Assembly (NCBI GenBank): GCA_046339595.1
Contig: JBKDUF010000046.1
Location: forward strand, 1,717 to 65,716
Direction: 5' to 3'
DNA from: Betaproteobacteria bacterium
GTDB taxonomy: Bacteria; Pseudomonadota; Gammaproteobacteria; Burkholderiales; SG8-41
Length of the DNA: 64,000 nt
In this document: piece by piece, positions 35,229 to 43,865 of the stretch
Position numbering within the stretch: the first letter of the stretch is position 1
How the letters are laid out: every line of letters begins with the position of its first letter
Notes under the pieces: generated by a model
Told to the model about the DNA's origin: nothing
The model's database searches: none
Seen by the model: only the letters and a program-made list of their open reading frames with translations
Position numbers and translations under genes: made by a program

Positions 35229-37364
35229 ATGACCACCCTGCCCGGCACCGCCCCCGACCTCTCCCGTCTGCTTGATCCACGCGGCGTCGCCATCATCGGC
35301 GCCTCGACTGACCTCGCCCGCATCGGAGGCCAGCCGATCCGGCTGCTCACCGAATACGGCTATGCCGGCCAGGTCTATCCGGTGAATCCGAAATACACCG
35401 AGATCAAGGGCCTGAAGTGTTATCCCGACGTGTCGGCGGTGCCGCAGCCCTGCGACGTCGCGCTGATCGCGGTGTCGGGACCGCTGGTGCCGGGCGCCAT
35501 CGAGCAATGCGGCAAGGCCGGCATTCCCTTCGCCGTGGTGCTCTCCGCCGGTTTCAGCGAAGCCGGTGAAGCCGGCAAGGCACTCAACGACCAGCTGCTC
35601 GCCGCGATCAACAAGAGCGGTGTGCGCGTGGTCGGCCCGAACTGCCTGGGCGTACTCAACCTCGACGCCAATTTCCGCCTCGGCTTCGGCGGCACGCTGC
35701 AGCTGAAGACGCTGAAGCCCGGCCCGATCGCGATGGTCACCCAGTCCGGCGGCTTCGGTTTCGGCGTGGTCGCCGTCGGCTGCTATTACGGCCTGGGATT
35801 CAATCACGTGGTCTCCACCGGCAACGAGGCCGACCTCACCGCACTCGACTGGATGGAGTACCTGATCGAGCGCCCGGATGTCGAAATCCTCACCGCCTTT
35901 CTCGAAGGCACCACCGAAGGCCGGCGCCTGCGCCGGCTCGGCGCACGCGCCCTCGAGCTCGGCAAGCCGATCCTGATCTGGAAAGTCGGCAATTCCGAAA
36001 TCGGCAGCAAGGCCGCGACCTCGCACACCGCGCGGCTTACCGCCGGCTACGAACTGTTCCGCACCGCCTTCCGCGAAGGCGGGTTCATTGAAGTGCAGGA
36101 CGTCGACGATCTGGTCGATTACTGCAAGGCCTTCCGCATGAACAAGCTGCCGAAAGGCCCGGGGGTGGGCGTAATGACGCTGTCCGGTGGCGCGGGCGTG
36201 CTGCTCGCCGACCGCTGCCACGCGCGCGGCCTGACCCTGCCGCGGCTGTCCGACAGGACGCGCGAAACGCTGCGCGGCATTGTCGTCGCCTACGCCTCGA
36301 TCGAGAACCCGATCGACACCACCGCGCAGGGCTACAACGACAACTTCGCCTCGTACACCAAGACCATGCGCGAAGTGCTGGCTGATCCCAACATTGACGC
36401 CATTGTCGCGCGCTCCCCGCGCGGGGCGGTCGCCATGGCCTGGGCCGAGGGCCTGATCGAAATGCTCAAAGGCGTGGACAAGCCCCTGCTGCTGAACTGG
36501 CCGACCTCGCCCGATGACAACCGCGCTGCGATGGATTACCTCGAGAACCACGGCGTGCCATGCATGCTGGCCCCGGGGCGCACCGTCGATGCGCTGGCCG
36601 CATTGAACGACTTCGCCAACAAGAAGCGCGACTTTGAAGCCGCACGCGCCCGCGGCGGCAAGCGCCTGATCGAGAAACAGCCGCTCCAACTGAAGGGTTC
36701 AGGCACGCTGGGCGAACACGCATCCAAAGACATCCTGAAGGCCTACGGCATCCCGGTCACCGGCGAAACCCTGCTCAGTGCAGCAGCCGTCGAGCAACTC
36801 AAGGCTGCGCCGTTGCCCTTCCCGCTGGCGGTGAAAATCGAATCCGCCGACATCCCGCACAAGACCGAGGCCGGCGTGATCCGCCTCAACATCACCACCC
36901 TCGACGGACTGAAACAGGCGGCGCGCGAAGTACACGCCGCGGCTGCGGCCTACAACAAGGACGCCCGCATCGCCGGCATTCTGGTGCAGCAGATGGCCAG
37001 CGGCGAGGAAGTCATCGTCGGCGCGGTCAACGATCCGCACTTCGGCCCGGTGATCGCGGCCGGCCTCGGCGGCGTGTTCACCGAGATCATGCACGACGTG
37101 ACCCACCGCTACGCACCCTTCGACGTCGAAACCGCGAAGGCGATGATCCACGAGATCAAGGGTGTCAAGCTGCTGCAGGGTTACCGCGGCAAACCGGCCT
37201 GCAATATCGACGCGCTGGCCGAGGCCATTTCGCGGCTGTCGCTGCTTGCCGCCGACCACCAGGACCGTATCGCCGAGATTGACGTAAACCCGCTGTTCGT
37301 CAATGCCGAGGGCGTGGTGGCTGCGGATGCGTTGATTGTGCTTAACAACCAATTTACAGGATAG
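35229..37364 (+). CDS. ADP-forming (NDP-forming) acyl-CoA synthetase, fused alpha/beta type
   Basis: ATG 35229 (MTTLPGTAPDLSRLLDPRGVAIIGAS...). CoA-binding N-terminus, VTQSGGFG, and an ATP-grasp C-terminal half (FPLAVKIESADIPHKTEAGV). The last four codons and the TAG lie inside repeat copy d. Confidence 0.88.
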   Translation: MTTLPGTAPDLSRLLDPRGVAIIGASTDLARIGGQPIRLLTEYGYAGQVYPVNPKYTEIKGLKCYPDVSAVPQPCDVALIAVSGPLVPGAIEQCGKAGIPFAVVLSAGFSEAGEAGKALNDQLLAAINKSGVRVVGPNCLGVLNLDANFRLGFGGTLQLKTLKPGPIAMVTQSGGFGFGVVAVGCYYGLGFNHVVSTGNEADLTALDWMEYLIERPDVEILTAFLEGTTEGRRLRRLGARALELGKPILIWKVGNSEIGSKAATSHTARLTAGYELFRTAFREGGFIEVQDVDDLVDYCKAFRMNKLPKGPGVGVMTLSGGAGVLLADRCHARGLTLPRLSDRTRETLRGIVVAYASIENPIDTTAQGYNDNFASYTKTMREVLADPNIDAIVARSPRGAVAMAWAEGLIEMLKGVDKPLLLNWPTSPDDNRAAMDYLENHGVPCMLAPGRTVDALAALNDFANKKRDFEAARARGGKRLIEKQPLQLKGSGTLGEHASKDILKAYGIPVTGETLLSAAAVEQLKAAPLPFPLAVKIESADIPHKTEAGVIRLNITTLDGLKQAAREVHAAAAAYNKDARIAGILVQQMASGEEVIVGAVNDPHFGPVIAAGLGGVFTEIMHDVTHRYAPFDVETAKAMIHEIKGVKLLQGYRGKPACNIDALAEAISRLSLLAADHQDRIAEIDVNPLFVNAEGVVAADALIVLNNQFTG

Positions 37365-37449
37365 TCAGGATTTACAGGATTAAAACCCATGGCTCATAGG
37401 CGTATCGAAATCGGCTTTTATCCTGAACATCTTGTCCATCCTGTTAATT
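37351..37449. repeat. CAGGAT-array palindromic element, copy d
   Basis: Left arm: AATTTA-CAGGAT-agt-CAGGAT-tta-CAGGAT-TAAAACC. Right arm: CTTTT-ATCCTG-aac-ATCTTG-tcc-ATCCTG-TTAATT. Confidence 0.85.
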
Positions 37450-37462
37450 AAAAAAATTTTTC

Positions 37463-38461
37463 ATGACTACTCCATTCAAAACCCGCATCACCGAGCTCTA
37501 CGGCATCCGCCTGCCGGTCGTTGCCAGCGGCCTGATGTGGCTGGCCGATCCGGTCTATGTCGCGGCAGTGGCACGCGCCGGTCTGATCGGATTCATGACC
37601 GCGGCGAGTTTTCCCAATGTGCAAGCGCTGCGCGAAGGCATCCGCCGCTGCCGCGAACTTAGTGAAGGCAAGCCCTTCGGCGTCAACATCATGATCCGCG
37701 TCAGCCGCGACGGCACGGACCGCGTCAATCCGCTGATTGACGCCGTGATCGAGGAAGGCGTGAAGTTCGTCGAGACTGCGGGCAACAACCCCGAGGCGTA
37801 CATCCGGCGGATGAAGGACGCTGGCATCACCGTGCTGCACAAGGTGCCCGGCGTGCTGCGCTACGTAAAAAAGGCCGAATCGCTCGGTGCCGATGCGGTG
37901 ACCGTGATCGGCTCTGAAGCCGGTGGCCATCCTGGCATCGAACCCGTGGGCAGCATGGTCGCAGGTGCGGCCGCGGCGCGCGCAGTGAAGATTCCGGTCA
38001 TCCTCGCCGGCGGTATCGGCACCGGCGAACAGCTGGTCGCAGCACTGGCGCTGGGCGCTGATGGCGTGGCCATGGGCACGCGTTTCCTGGTCGCCGAGGA
38101 AATCTGGGCGCACCGCCAGTACAAGGAGCGCCTCGTTGCCGCCGCCGAAACCGACACCACGCTGCTGCTGCAAAGCATGCGCAACACCCAGCGTGCACTG
38201 AAAACGCCGCATGTGGCGATGATCCAGCAGCTGGAAAAGGCGGAGCCCGTGGACACCGCGGCGATCCTGCCGCACATCATGGGCACCGTCGGCCGCAAGG
38301 CCTACGAGACCGGCGACGTCGAGAAGGCGATGCTGTCCTGCGGCCAGGGCGTGGTCTTCGCCGATAGAATCGAACCGCTGGCCGCGATCGTCGATCGCAT
38401 CGAGGCCGAGGCCCGCGCCGCGATGTCACGCCTGCAGTCCATCTGCGGCAAGAGTGCATGA
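37463..38461 (+). CDS. nitronate monooxygenase / NPD-family FMN oxidoreductase
   Basis: 332 aa. LYGIRLPVVASGLMW and ILAGGIGTGEQLVAALALGADGVAMGTRF. Confidence 0.88.
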   Translation: MTTPFKTRITELYGIRLPVVASGLMWLADPVYVAAVARAGLIGFMTAASFPNVQALREGIRRCRELSEGKPFGVNIMIRVSRDGTDRVNPLIDAVIEEGVKFVETAGNNPEAYIRRMKDAGITVLHKVPGVLRYVKKAESLGADAVTVIGSEAGGHPGIEPVGSMVAGAAAARAVKIPVILAGGIGTGEQLVAALALGADGVAMGTRFLVAEEIWAHRQYKERLVAAAETDTTLLLQSMRNTQRALKTPHVAMIQQLEKAEPVDTAAILPHIMGTVGRKAYETGDVEKAMLSCGQGVVFADRIEPLAAIVDRIEAEARAAMSRLQSICGKSA

Positions 38462-38479
38462 GTTTCCGGAGGAGATCCC

Positions 38480-39442
38480 ATGAAAAATTATAAGTATATG
38501 ATTTTATTGACTTTTATTTTTGGCGTGGGCGCTGCGCAGGCCCAACCCTTTCCGAACAAGGCCGTGCGTCTGGTGGTGCCCTTCGCTGCTGGCGGCAGCA
38601 CCGACGTCATCGCGCGCATTCTGGCACCGAGAATGGCTGAAGCCTGGGGCCAGCAGGTCATTGTTGACAACCGCCCCGGCGGTAACACCACCATTGGCAC
38701 CGAAATCGTCGCCCGCGCCGCACCCGACGGCCACACGCTGCTGGTCACCCCGGCACCGTTCACCGTGGTGCCAAGCGTGATGACCAAGCTGCCCTATGAC
38801 CCGGTGAAGGATTTCGAGCCGATCCTGCTCATCAACACCACGCCGATGGGCCTGGTAGTGCATCCCGGCGTGCCGGCGAAAAACATGAACGAACTGATCG
38901 CACTGGCGAAAAAGCGCCCCGGCCAGATGAATTTCGGCTCCTCCGGCAACGGCGGCGTGCCACACCTCTCCGGCGAACTGCTCAACACTATGGCCGGACT
39001 GAAAATCCTTCACGTGCCGTACAAGGGCAATGCCCCGGCGCTGGCCGACCTCGTCGGCGGCCATGTCGACATGGTCTTCAACGGCCTGACCTCGGTGATT
39101 CCGCTGATCCGCGCCAACCGCGTGCGCGTGCTCGGCGTCACCAGCCTCGCCCGCACCGCGGCGCTACCCGACGTGCCCACGCTCGACGAACAGGGCCTCA
39201 AGGGTTTCCAGGCAGTGGCCTGGAATGGGCTCAGCGCACCGGCGCGCACGCCGAAGGAAGCCATCGTGCGCATCCAGGAAACCACTGCGCGCATCGTGCG
39301 CTCGCCCGAACTCGCCGAGCAGTTGAAGCGCGACGGCTCCGATCCGGTGGGCAGCTCCACCGCCGAGTTCCAGAACCACCTGCGCGACGAGGTAGTCAAA
39401 TGGAAACGCGTGCTCGACCGTGCAGGCATCAAATCCTTCTGA
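38480..39442 (+). CDS. Bug/TctC-family substrate-binding protein
   Basis: SD GGAGGAGA. Signal peptide ...GVGAAQAQ. Motifs FPNKAVRLVVPFAAGGSTDV and HVPYKGNAPALADLVGG. Confidence 0.9.
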   Translation: MKNYKYMILLTFIFGVGAAQAQPFPNKAVRLVVPFAAGGSTDVIARILAPRMAEAWGQQVIVDNRPGGNTTIGTEIVARAAPDGHTLLVTPAPFTVVPSVMTKLPYDPVKDFEPILLINTTPMGLVVHPGVPAKNMNELIALAKKRPGQMNFGSSGNGGVPHLSGELLNTMAGLKILHVPYKGNAPALADLVGGHVDMVFNGLTSVIPLIRANRVRVLGVTSLARTAALPDVPTLDEQGLKGFQAVAWNGLSAPARTPKEAIVRIQETTARIVRSPELAEQLKRDGSDPVGSSTAEFQNHLRDEVVKWKRVLDRAGIKSF

Positions 39443-39466
39443 ATGCCTTCTGAACGGACACCGGCC

Positions 39467-40237
39467 ATGAGCGTCACTGTCACCCATGCCGACGGCATCG
39501 CCACCGTCACCCTTAACCGCCCCGACAAGCTCAATGCCCTGTCCGCGGACATGTACGAGGAACTCGCCCGCGTGTTCGGCGAGCTCAATCTCGACGATGC
39601 CGTGCGCGTGGTTCTGCTCACCGGCGCGGGGAAGGCCTTCTGCGCCGGCGGCGATGTCGGCTCGATGGGCAGCTACGATATCGTCAGTGGCCGCAAGCGC
39701 TCCAAGGGCCACCACCGCATGGTGCTGGCGCTGCACCACCTCGAGAAGCCGGTGATCGCAGCGGTGCGCGGCCCTGCCGCCGGCATCGGCGCCAGCCTGG
39801 CACTGGCCAGCGACCTCATCGTGGCCAGCGACACCGCCTACCTGCTGATGGCTTTCAAGAATGTCGGCATCCCGCCTGATGGCGGTGCGATCTATTTCCT
39901 GACCCAGCACCTGGGCCTCGCCCGCGCCAAGGAGATTGTCTACAGCGCCCGCAAGCTACCCGCAGCCGAGGCGAAGGATATGGGACTGGTGAGCAAGCTC
40001 GTGCCTGATGACCAGCTCGAGGCCGAGGCACTGGCTCTGGCACAGGAAATCGCCGATTCCGCGACCTACGCGCTGACGCTGGCCAAACGCATGTTCCAGT
40101 ACATGTACAGCCCGACGCTGGAACAGCTGCTGGAAATGGAAGTGCTGGCCATCTGCGGCGCGCGCATGACCCATGACCATGTCGAGGGCGTCACCGCGTT
40201 CAAGGAAAAACGCAAACCGCAGTTCAAGGGTAAATAA
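39467..40237 (+). CDS. enoyl-CoA hydratase/isomerase (crotonase family)
   Basis: ATG 39467 (MSVTVTHADGIATVTLNRPDKLNAL). The oxyanion-hole region is LLTGAGKAFCAGGD. Confidence 0.88.
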   Translation: MSVTVTHADGIATVTLNRPDKLNALSADMYEELARVFGELNLDDAVRVVLLTGAGKAFCAGGDVGSMGSYDIVSGRKRSKGHHRMVLALHHLEKPVIAAVRGPAAGIGASLALASDLIVASDTAYLLMAFKNVGIPPDGGAIYFLTQHLGLARAKEIVYSARKLPAAEAKDMGLVSKLVPDDQLEAEALALAQEIADSATYALTLAKRMFQYMYSPTLEQLLEMEVLAICGARMTHDHVEGVTAFKEKRKPQFKGK

Positions 40238-40243
40238 AAACGG

Positions 40244-40337
40244 AATTAACAGGATGGACAGGATATTCAGGATGAAAACCACAACCTCACGACCGCCCAA
40301 GGGTTTTATCCTGCACATCCTGTCCATCCTGTAAATT
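40244..40337. repeat. CAGGAT-array palindromic element, copy e
   Basis: Left arm: AATTAA-CAGGAT-gga-CAGGAT-att-CAGGAT-GAAAACC. Right arm: GGTTTT-ATCCTG-cac-ATCCTG-tcc-ATCCTG-TAAATT. Confidence 0.85.
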
Positions 40338-40351
40338 GGATTTTTTTAGTG

Positions 40352-41992
40352 ATGCCTCGCAGCACACCGGAGTGGAAGGCACAGACGCTTGCAGAAGCGC
40401 TGGCGGCGACGGCCCACGCCCACCCGCAGCAGGAAGCCCTGGTCATCGGCAGCCGCCGCCTGACCTGGGCCGAACTGCGCGACAACGTGCGCGAGGTCGC
40501 CCGCGGCCTGCGCTCGCTGGGTATCAACCGCGGCGACCATGTCGCGGTATGCATGGGCAACTCGCCGGAATGGGCCATCTTTTTCTATGCCGCGGCCAGC
40601 ATCGGCGCGGTGACGGTTCCGGTCAACACCCGCTTCAAGGCCGACGAGATGGCGTACTGCCTGAAGCAGGCCGACGTGAAGCTGCTGTTCATCGCCGACC
40701 GTTTCCTGAAAATCGACTTCATCGCCATGCTGCGCGCCATCTGTCCCGGCATTGACCGCAGCCTGCCCGATCCCGCGCTGCCGCTGCTGGGCAGCGTGGT
40801 GGTGCTGGGCGAGGACGTGCCTGCCGCCACCCTGCCCTTCGCCGGGCTCTTGGCACGAAGCGCGGCCTTCGACAAACGCATCCCGCCGGAAGTGCATCCC
40901 GGCGACCCGCTGCTGATGCAGTTCACTTCGGGCACCACCTCGTACCCGAAGGGCGTGATGCTCAGCCACGACAACATGCTGCGTAACGCCCGTTACGTAG
41001 CGGCGCGCTTCCACCTCAATGCCGGCGACCGTTACTACAGCGCACGGCCCTGGTACCACGTTGCCGGCACCACGCTGTCGATGCTCGCCGCGCTCACCAC
41101 TGGCGCCTGCCTGGTGTCCTCGCCCCATTTCGACGCCGGCGAAGCGCTGATGGCGATGTGGAGGGAGGAATGCAGCCACACTTCGGGCAACGACACCATG
41201 TTCCTGATGATGCTCAATCATCCGGACTTCAGAAAGTATGCGCTGAAACTGCGTCACGGCTGGGTATCCTGCGGACCCGAGGTCTCGCGCCGCGTGGTCG
41301 ATGAAATGGGCATGACCGGCCTGGTGCAGGCTTACGGCCTGTCGGAAGCCTCGCCCAATGTGTGCATGTCGCATTACGACGATGACCTTGAGAAACGCAT
41401 CAACGGCTGGGCGCACCTTCTCGATGAGGTCGAAGTGCGCCTCGTCGATGCCGAAACCGGTGCCGTGCAGCCGCCGGGCAAGACCGGCGAAATCCAGGTC
41501 CGCGGCTGGAGCGTGATGCAGGGTTATTACAAGATGCCGGAACAGACCGCGAAAACCATCGACGCAAAGGGCTGGCTGCATACCGGCGACCTCGGCGTGA
41601 TGGACGGGGACGGACGGCTCAAATTCATCACCCGCATCAAGGACGTGTTCCGTGTCGGCGGCGAAAACGTCGCGCCGGCTGAGGTCGAGGACGTGCTGCA
41701 CAAACATCCCGGGATCAAGCAGGCCCAGGTCATCGGTGTGCCCGACCCGAGGCTGGTCGAAGTGCCGGCGGCCTACGTGATCCTGAAGGACGGCGCATCC
41801 GCCACGCCGGAGGAACTGATGGCCTGGAGCAAGGAACGGCTGGCGAACTTCCGCGTGCCGCGTTACCTGAAAATCGTCGACAGCTTCGAGACCATCGGCA
41901 TGACCGGCAGTTCTAAGGTGCAGAAGAACAAGCTGCGCGCGCAGGCATTGATTGATTTTGGCCTGGAAGAACAAAGCAAATTAACAGGATAG
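40352..41992 (+). CDS. AMP-forming acyl-CoA synthetase/ligase (FadD-like)
   Basis: AMP-binding motif LMQFTSGTTSYPKGVMLSH, YGLSEASP and TGDLGVMDGDGRLKFITRIKD. The last four codons and the TAG lie inside repeat copy f. Confidence 0.9.
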   Translation: MPRSTPEWKAQTLAEALAATAHAHPQQEALVIGSRRLTWAELRDNVREVARGLRSLGINRGDHVAVCMGNSPEWAIFFYAAASIGAVTVPVNTRFKADEMAYCLKQADVKLLFIADRFLKIDFIAMLRAICPGIDRSLPDPALPLLGSVVVLGEDVPAATLPFAGLLARSAAFDKRIPPEVHPGDPLLMQFTSGTTSYPKGVMLSHDNMLRNARYVAARFHLNAGDRYYSARPWYHVAGTTLSMLAALTTGACLVSSPHFDAGEALMAMWREECSHTSGNDTMFLMMLNHPDFRKYALKLRHGWVSCGPEVSRRVVDEMGMTGLVQAYGLSEASPNVCMSHYDDDLEKRINGWAHLLDEVEVRLVDAETGAVQPPGKTGEIQVRGWSVMQGYYKMPEQTAKTIDAKGWLHTGDLGVMDGDGRLKFITRIKDVFRVGGENVAPAEVEDVLHKHPGIKQAQVIGVPDPRLVEVPAAYVILKDGASATPEELMAWSKERLANFRVPRYLKIVDSFETIGMTGSSKVQKNKLRAQALIDFGLEEQSKLTG

Positions 41993-42088
41993 ACAGGATG
42001 AGCAGGATAAAAACAGTTGGAACTTTGAAGCATCACGGAACCGACGTGACGGGGTTTTATCCTGACCATCCTGTCCATCCTGTAAATT
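41978..42088. repeat. CAGGAT-array palindromic element, copy f
   Basis: Left arm: AAATTAA-CAGGAT-aga-CAGGAT-gag-CAGGAT-AAAAAC. Right arm: GGTTTT-ATCCTG-acc-ATCCTG-tcc-ATCCTG-TAAATT. Confidence 0.85.
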
Positions 42089-42105
42089 GATTTTTTAGGT
42101 CACTC

Positions 42106-42909
42106 ATGGAATACACCCTCAAACGCCCCGACGGCTGCAGCATCTTCTACACCGTCGACGATTTCACCGATCCCTGGCAGACCGCAGAAACCGCGCTGTT
42201 CGTGCATGGGCTCGCCGAGTCGGGCGAGGCTTGGCGTGCCTGGGTGCCGCATTTCGCGCGCCATTACCGCACGGTACGCCTCGACCTGCGCGGCTTTGGC
42301 CGTTCGACAGCGATGAGTGCGACCCACGAATGGTCGATGGACGAACTGCTCGACGACATCGAGGCGCTGATCGACCACCTCGGCTGCAAACAAGTCCATC
42401 TGATTGGCGCCAAGAGCGGCGGCTCCATGGCACTGGCGATGGCTGCGCTGCGGCCGCATCGCGTGAAGACGCTAACGGGTGTCACACCGCCGATCCTGCC
42501 CGCCGCCGGCGTCGATGACTGGGTCAAGCACATCAACAGCAAGGGTGTCCTCGACTGGGCCGCGCACACCATGCAGGGCCGTCTCGGCAGCAAGGCCGCA
42601 CAGGCCGAGATCGACTGGTGGATCCACAACCTGCAGGGCAAGACGCCGCTGACCACGCTGCAGAGCTATCTGCGCTGGGTACCCAAGCTCGACCTGCGCG
42701 AGATCGTCAAGAAAATCACCTGCCCGACCCTGATCATCACTACCACTGGCAGCGGCCTGCGCTCGGTGGACGGCGTCAAGGCCTGGGTTTCCGGCCTGCC
42801 CTCGGCACGACTGCTGGTCATGGAAGGCGATGCCTGGCATGCCGCCGGTGCCTACCCCGACGCCTGCGCGAAGGCGACCCTGGAATTCCTCGGCAACGCC
42901 GCGGCATGA
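42106..42909 (+). CDS. alpha/beta-fold hydrolase
   Basis: 267 aa. LFVHGLAESGEAW and the nucleophile elbow HLIGAKSGGSMA. The stop overlaps the next start (ATGA). Confidence 0.8.
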   Translation: MEYTLKRPDGCSIFYTVDDFTDPWQTAETALFVHGLAESGEAWRAWVPHFARHYRTVRLDLRGFGRSTAMSATHEWSMDELLDDIEALIDHLGCKQVHLIGAKSGGSMALAMAALRPHRVKTLTGVTPPILPAAGVDDWVKHINSKGVLDWAAHTMQGRLGSKAAQAEIDWWIHNLQGKTPLTTLQSYLRWVPKLDLREIVKKITCPTLIITTTGSGLRSVDGVKAWVSGLPSARLLVMEGDAWHAAGAYPDACAKATLEFLGNAAA

Positions 42910-43865
42910 AACCCGCCGCGATCATGCTGGCCATCTGGGCGCTGTTGCTGCCCGGTGCAGCCGCGGCCCAGACCTATCCCGTGAAGACCGTGCGCATGGT
43001 CGTCGGCTTCCCGCCCGGCGGCCCCACCGATATGCTCGCGCGCATCGTCGCCCAGAAGCTTGGCGAATCCTGGGGCCAGCAGGTCATCGTAGACAACCGC
43101 GCGGGTGCAAGCGGCATGATCGGCGCCGAACTGGTGGCACGCGCCGCTCCCGAGGGCTACACGCTGCTGATGGTGCCGGTGACCTTCGCGGTCACCCCGA
43201 GCCTGTTCAGCAAAATGAACTACGACAGCGAGCGTGACTTCGCAGCAGTGGCCCAGGTCGCCGCCGCACCCTTCATCCTTGTCGTCCATCCCACGCTGCC
43301 GGTGAAGTCGGTCAAGGAACTCGTCGCACTGGCCCGCGCGCGCCCCGGCCAGCTCAACTACGCCTCTGCCAGTACCGGCGGCATGCCGCACCTGGCCGGC
43401 GAGCTGTTCAACCTGATGGCCGGTGTGAAGATGGTGCATGTGCCATACAAGGGCGCCGCGCCGGCGACCACCGACCTGCTCGCGGGCCAGGTGCAGCTGA
43501 TGGTCAACCACATGCTGTCGGCCATGCCGCAGGTGAAGGCCGGCCGCCTGCGCGCGCTGGCAGTGACCAGCACACGTCGCTCCAATGCGCTGCCGGAACT
43601 GCCGGCCATCGCCGAAACCCTGCCCGGCTACGAGGCCAGCGGCTGGTACGGCCTGCTCGCACCCGCGGCCACGCCGCGCGAGGCCGTTGCGCGCATCAAC
43701 AGCGAAACCAGCCGCATCATGAAGCTGCCGGAGGTCGCGCAGCGGCTGGCCGGCGACGGCGTCGAAGCCGTCGGCACCACGCCGGGGCAGTTCGCCGCCT
43801 ACCTGCGCGCTGAAATCGAGAAATGGGGCAGGATCGTGAAAACCGCCGGAATCAAGGCCGACTGA
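42906..43865 (+). CDS. Bug/TctC-family substrate-binding protein
   Basis: ORF trimmed to ATG 42906 (MKPAAIMLAIWALLLPGAAAAQTYPVKTVRMVVGFPPGGPTD). HVPYKGAAPATTDLLAG. Confidence 0.9.
   Translation: MKPAAIMLAIWALLLPGAAAAQTYPVKTVRMVVGFPPGGPTDMLARIVAQKLGESWGQQVIVDNRAGASGMIGAELVARAAPEGYTLLMVPVTFAVTPSLFSKMNYDSERDFAAVAQVAAAPFILVVHPTLPVKSVKELVALARARPGQLNYASASTGGMPHLAGELFNLMAGVKMVHVPYKGAAPATTDLLAGQVQLMVNHMLSAMPQVKAGRLRALAVTSTRRSNALPELPAIAETLPGYEASGWYGLLAPAATPREAVARINSETSRIMKLPEVAQRLAGDGVEAVGTTPGQFAAYLRAEIEKWGRIVKTAGIKAD

Noticed and set aside
18272-42088. CRISPR array or coding tandem repeat as an explanation for the CAGGAT arrays.
   Set aside because: The repeat unit is 6 nt with 3-nt spacers (9-bp period), and only 2-4 units per arm are arranged as inverted arms. 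There are no 25-40 bp repeats or spacers and no cas genes. The arrays lie outside coding frames except for the last four codons of two genes.
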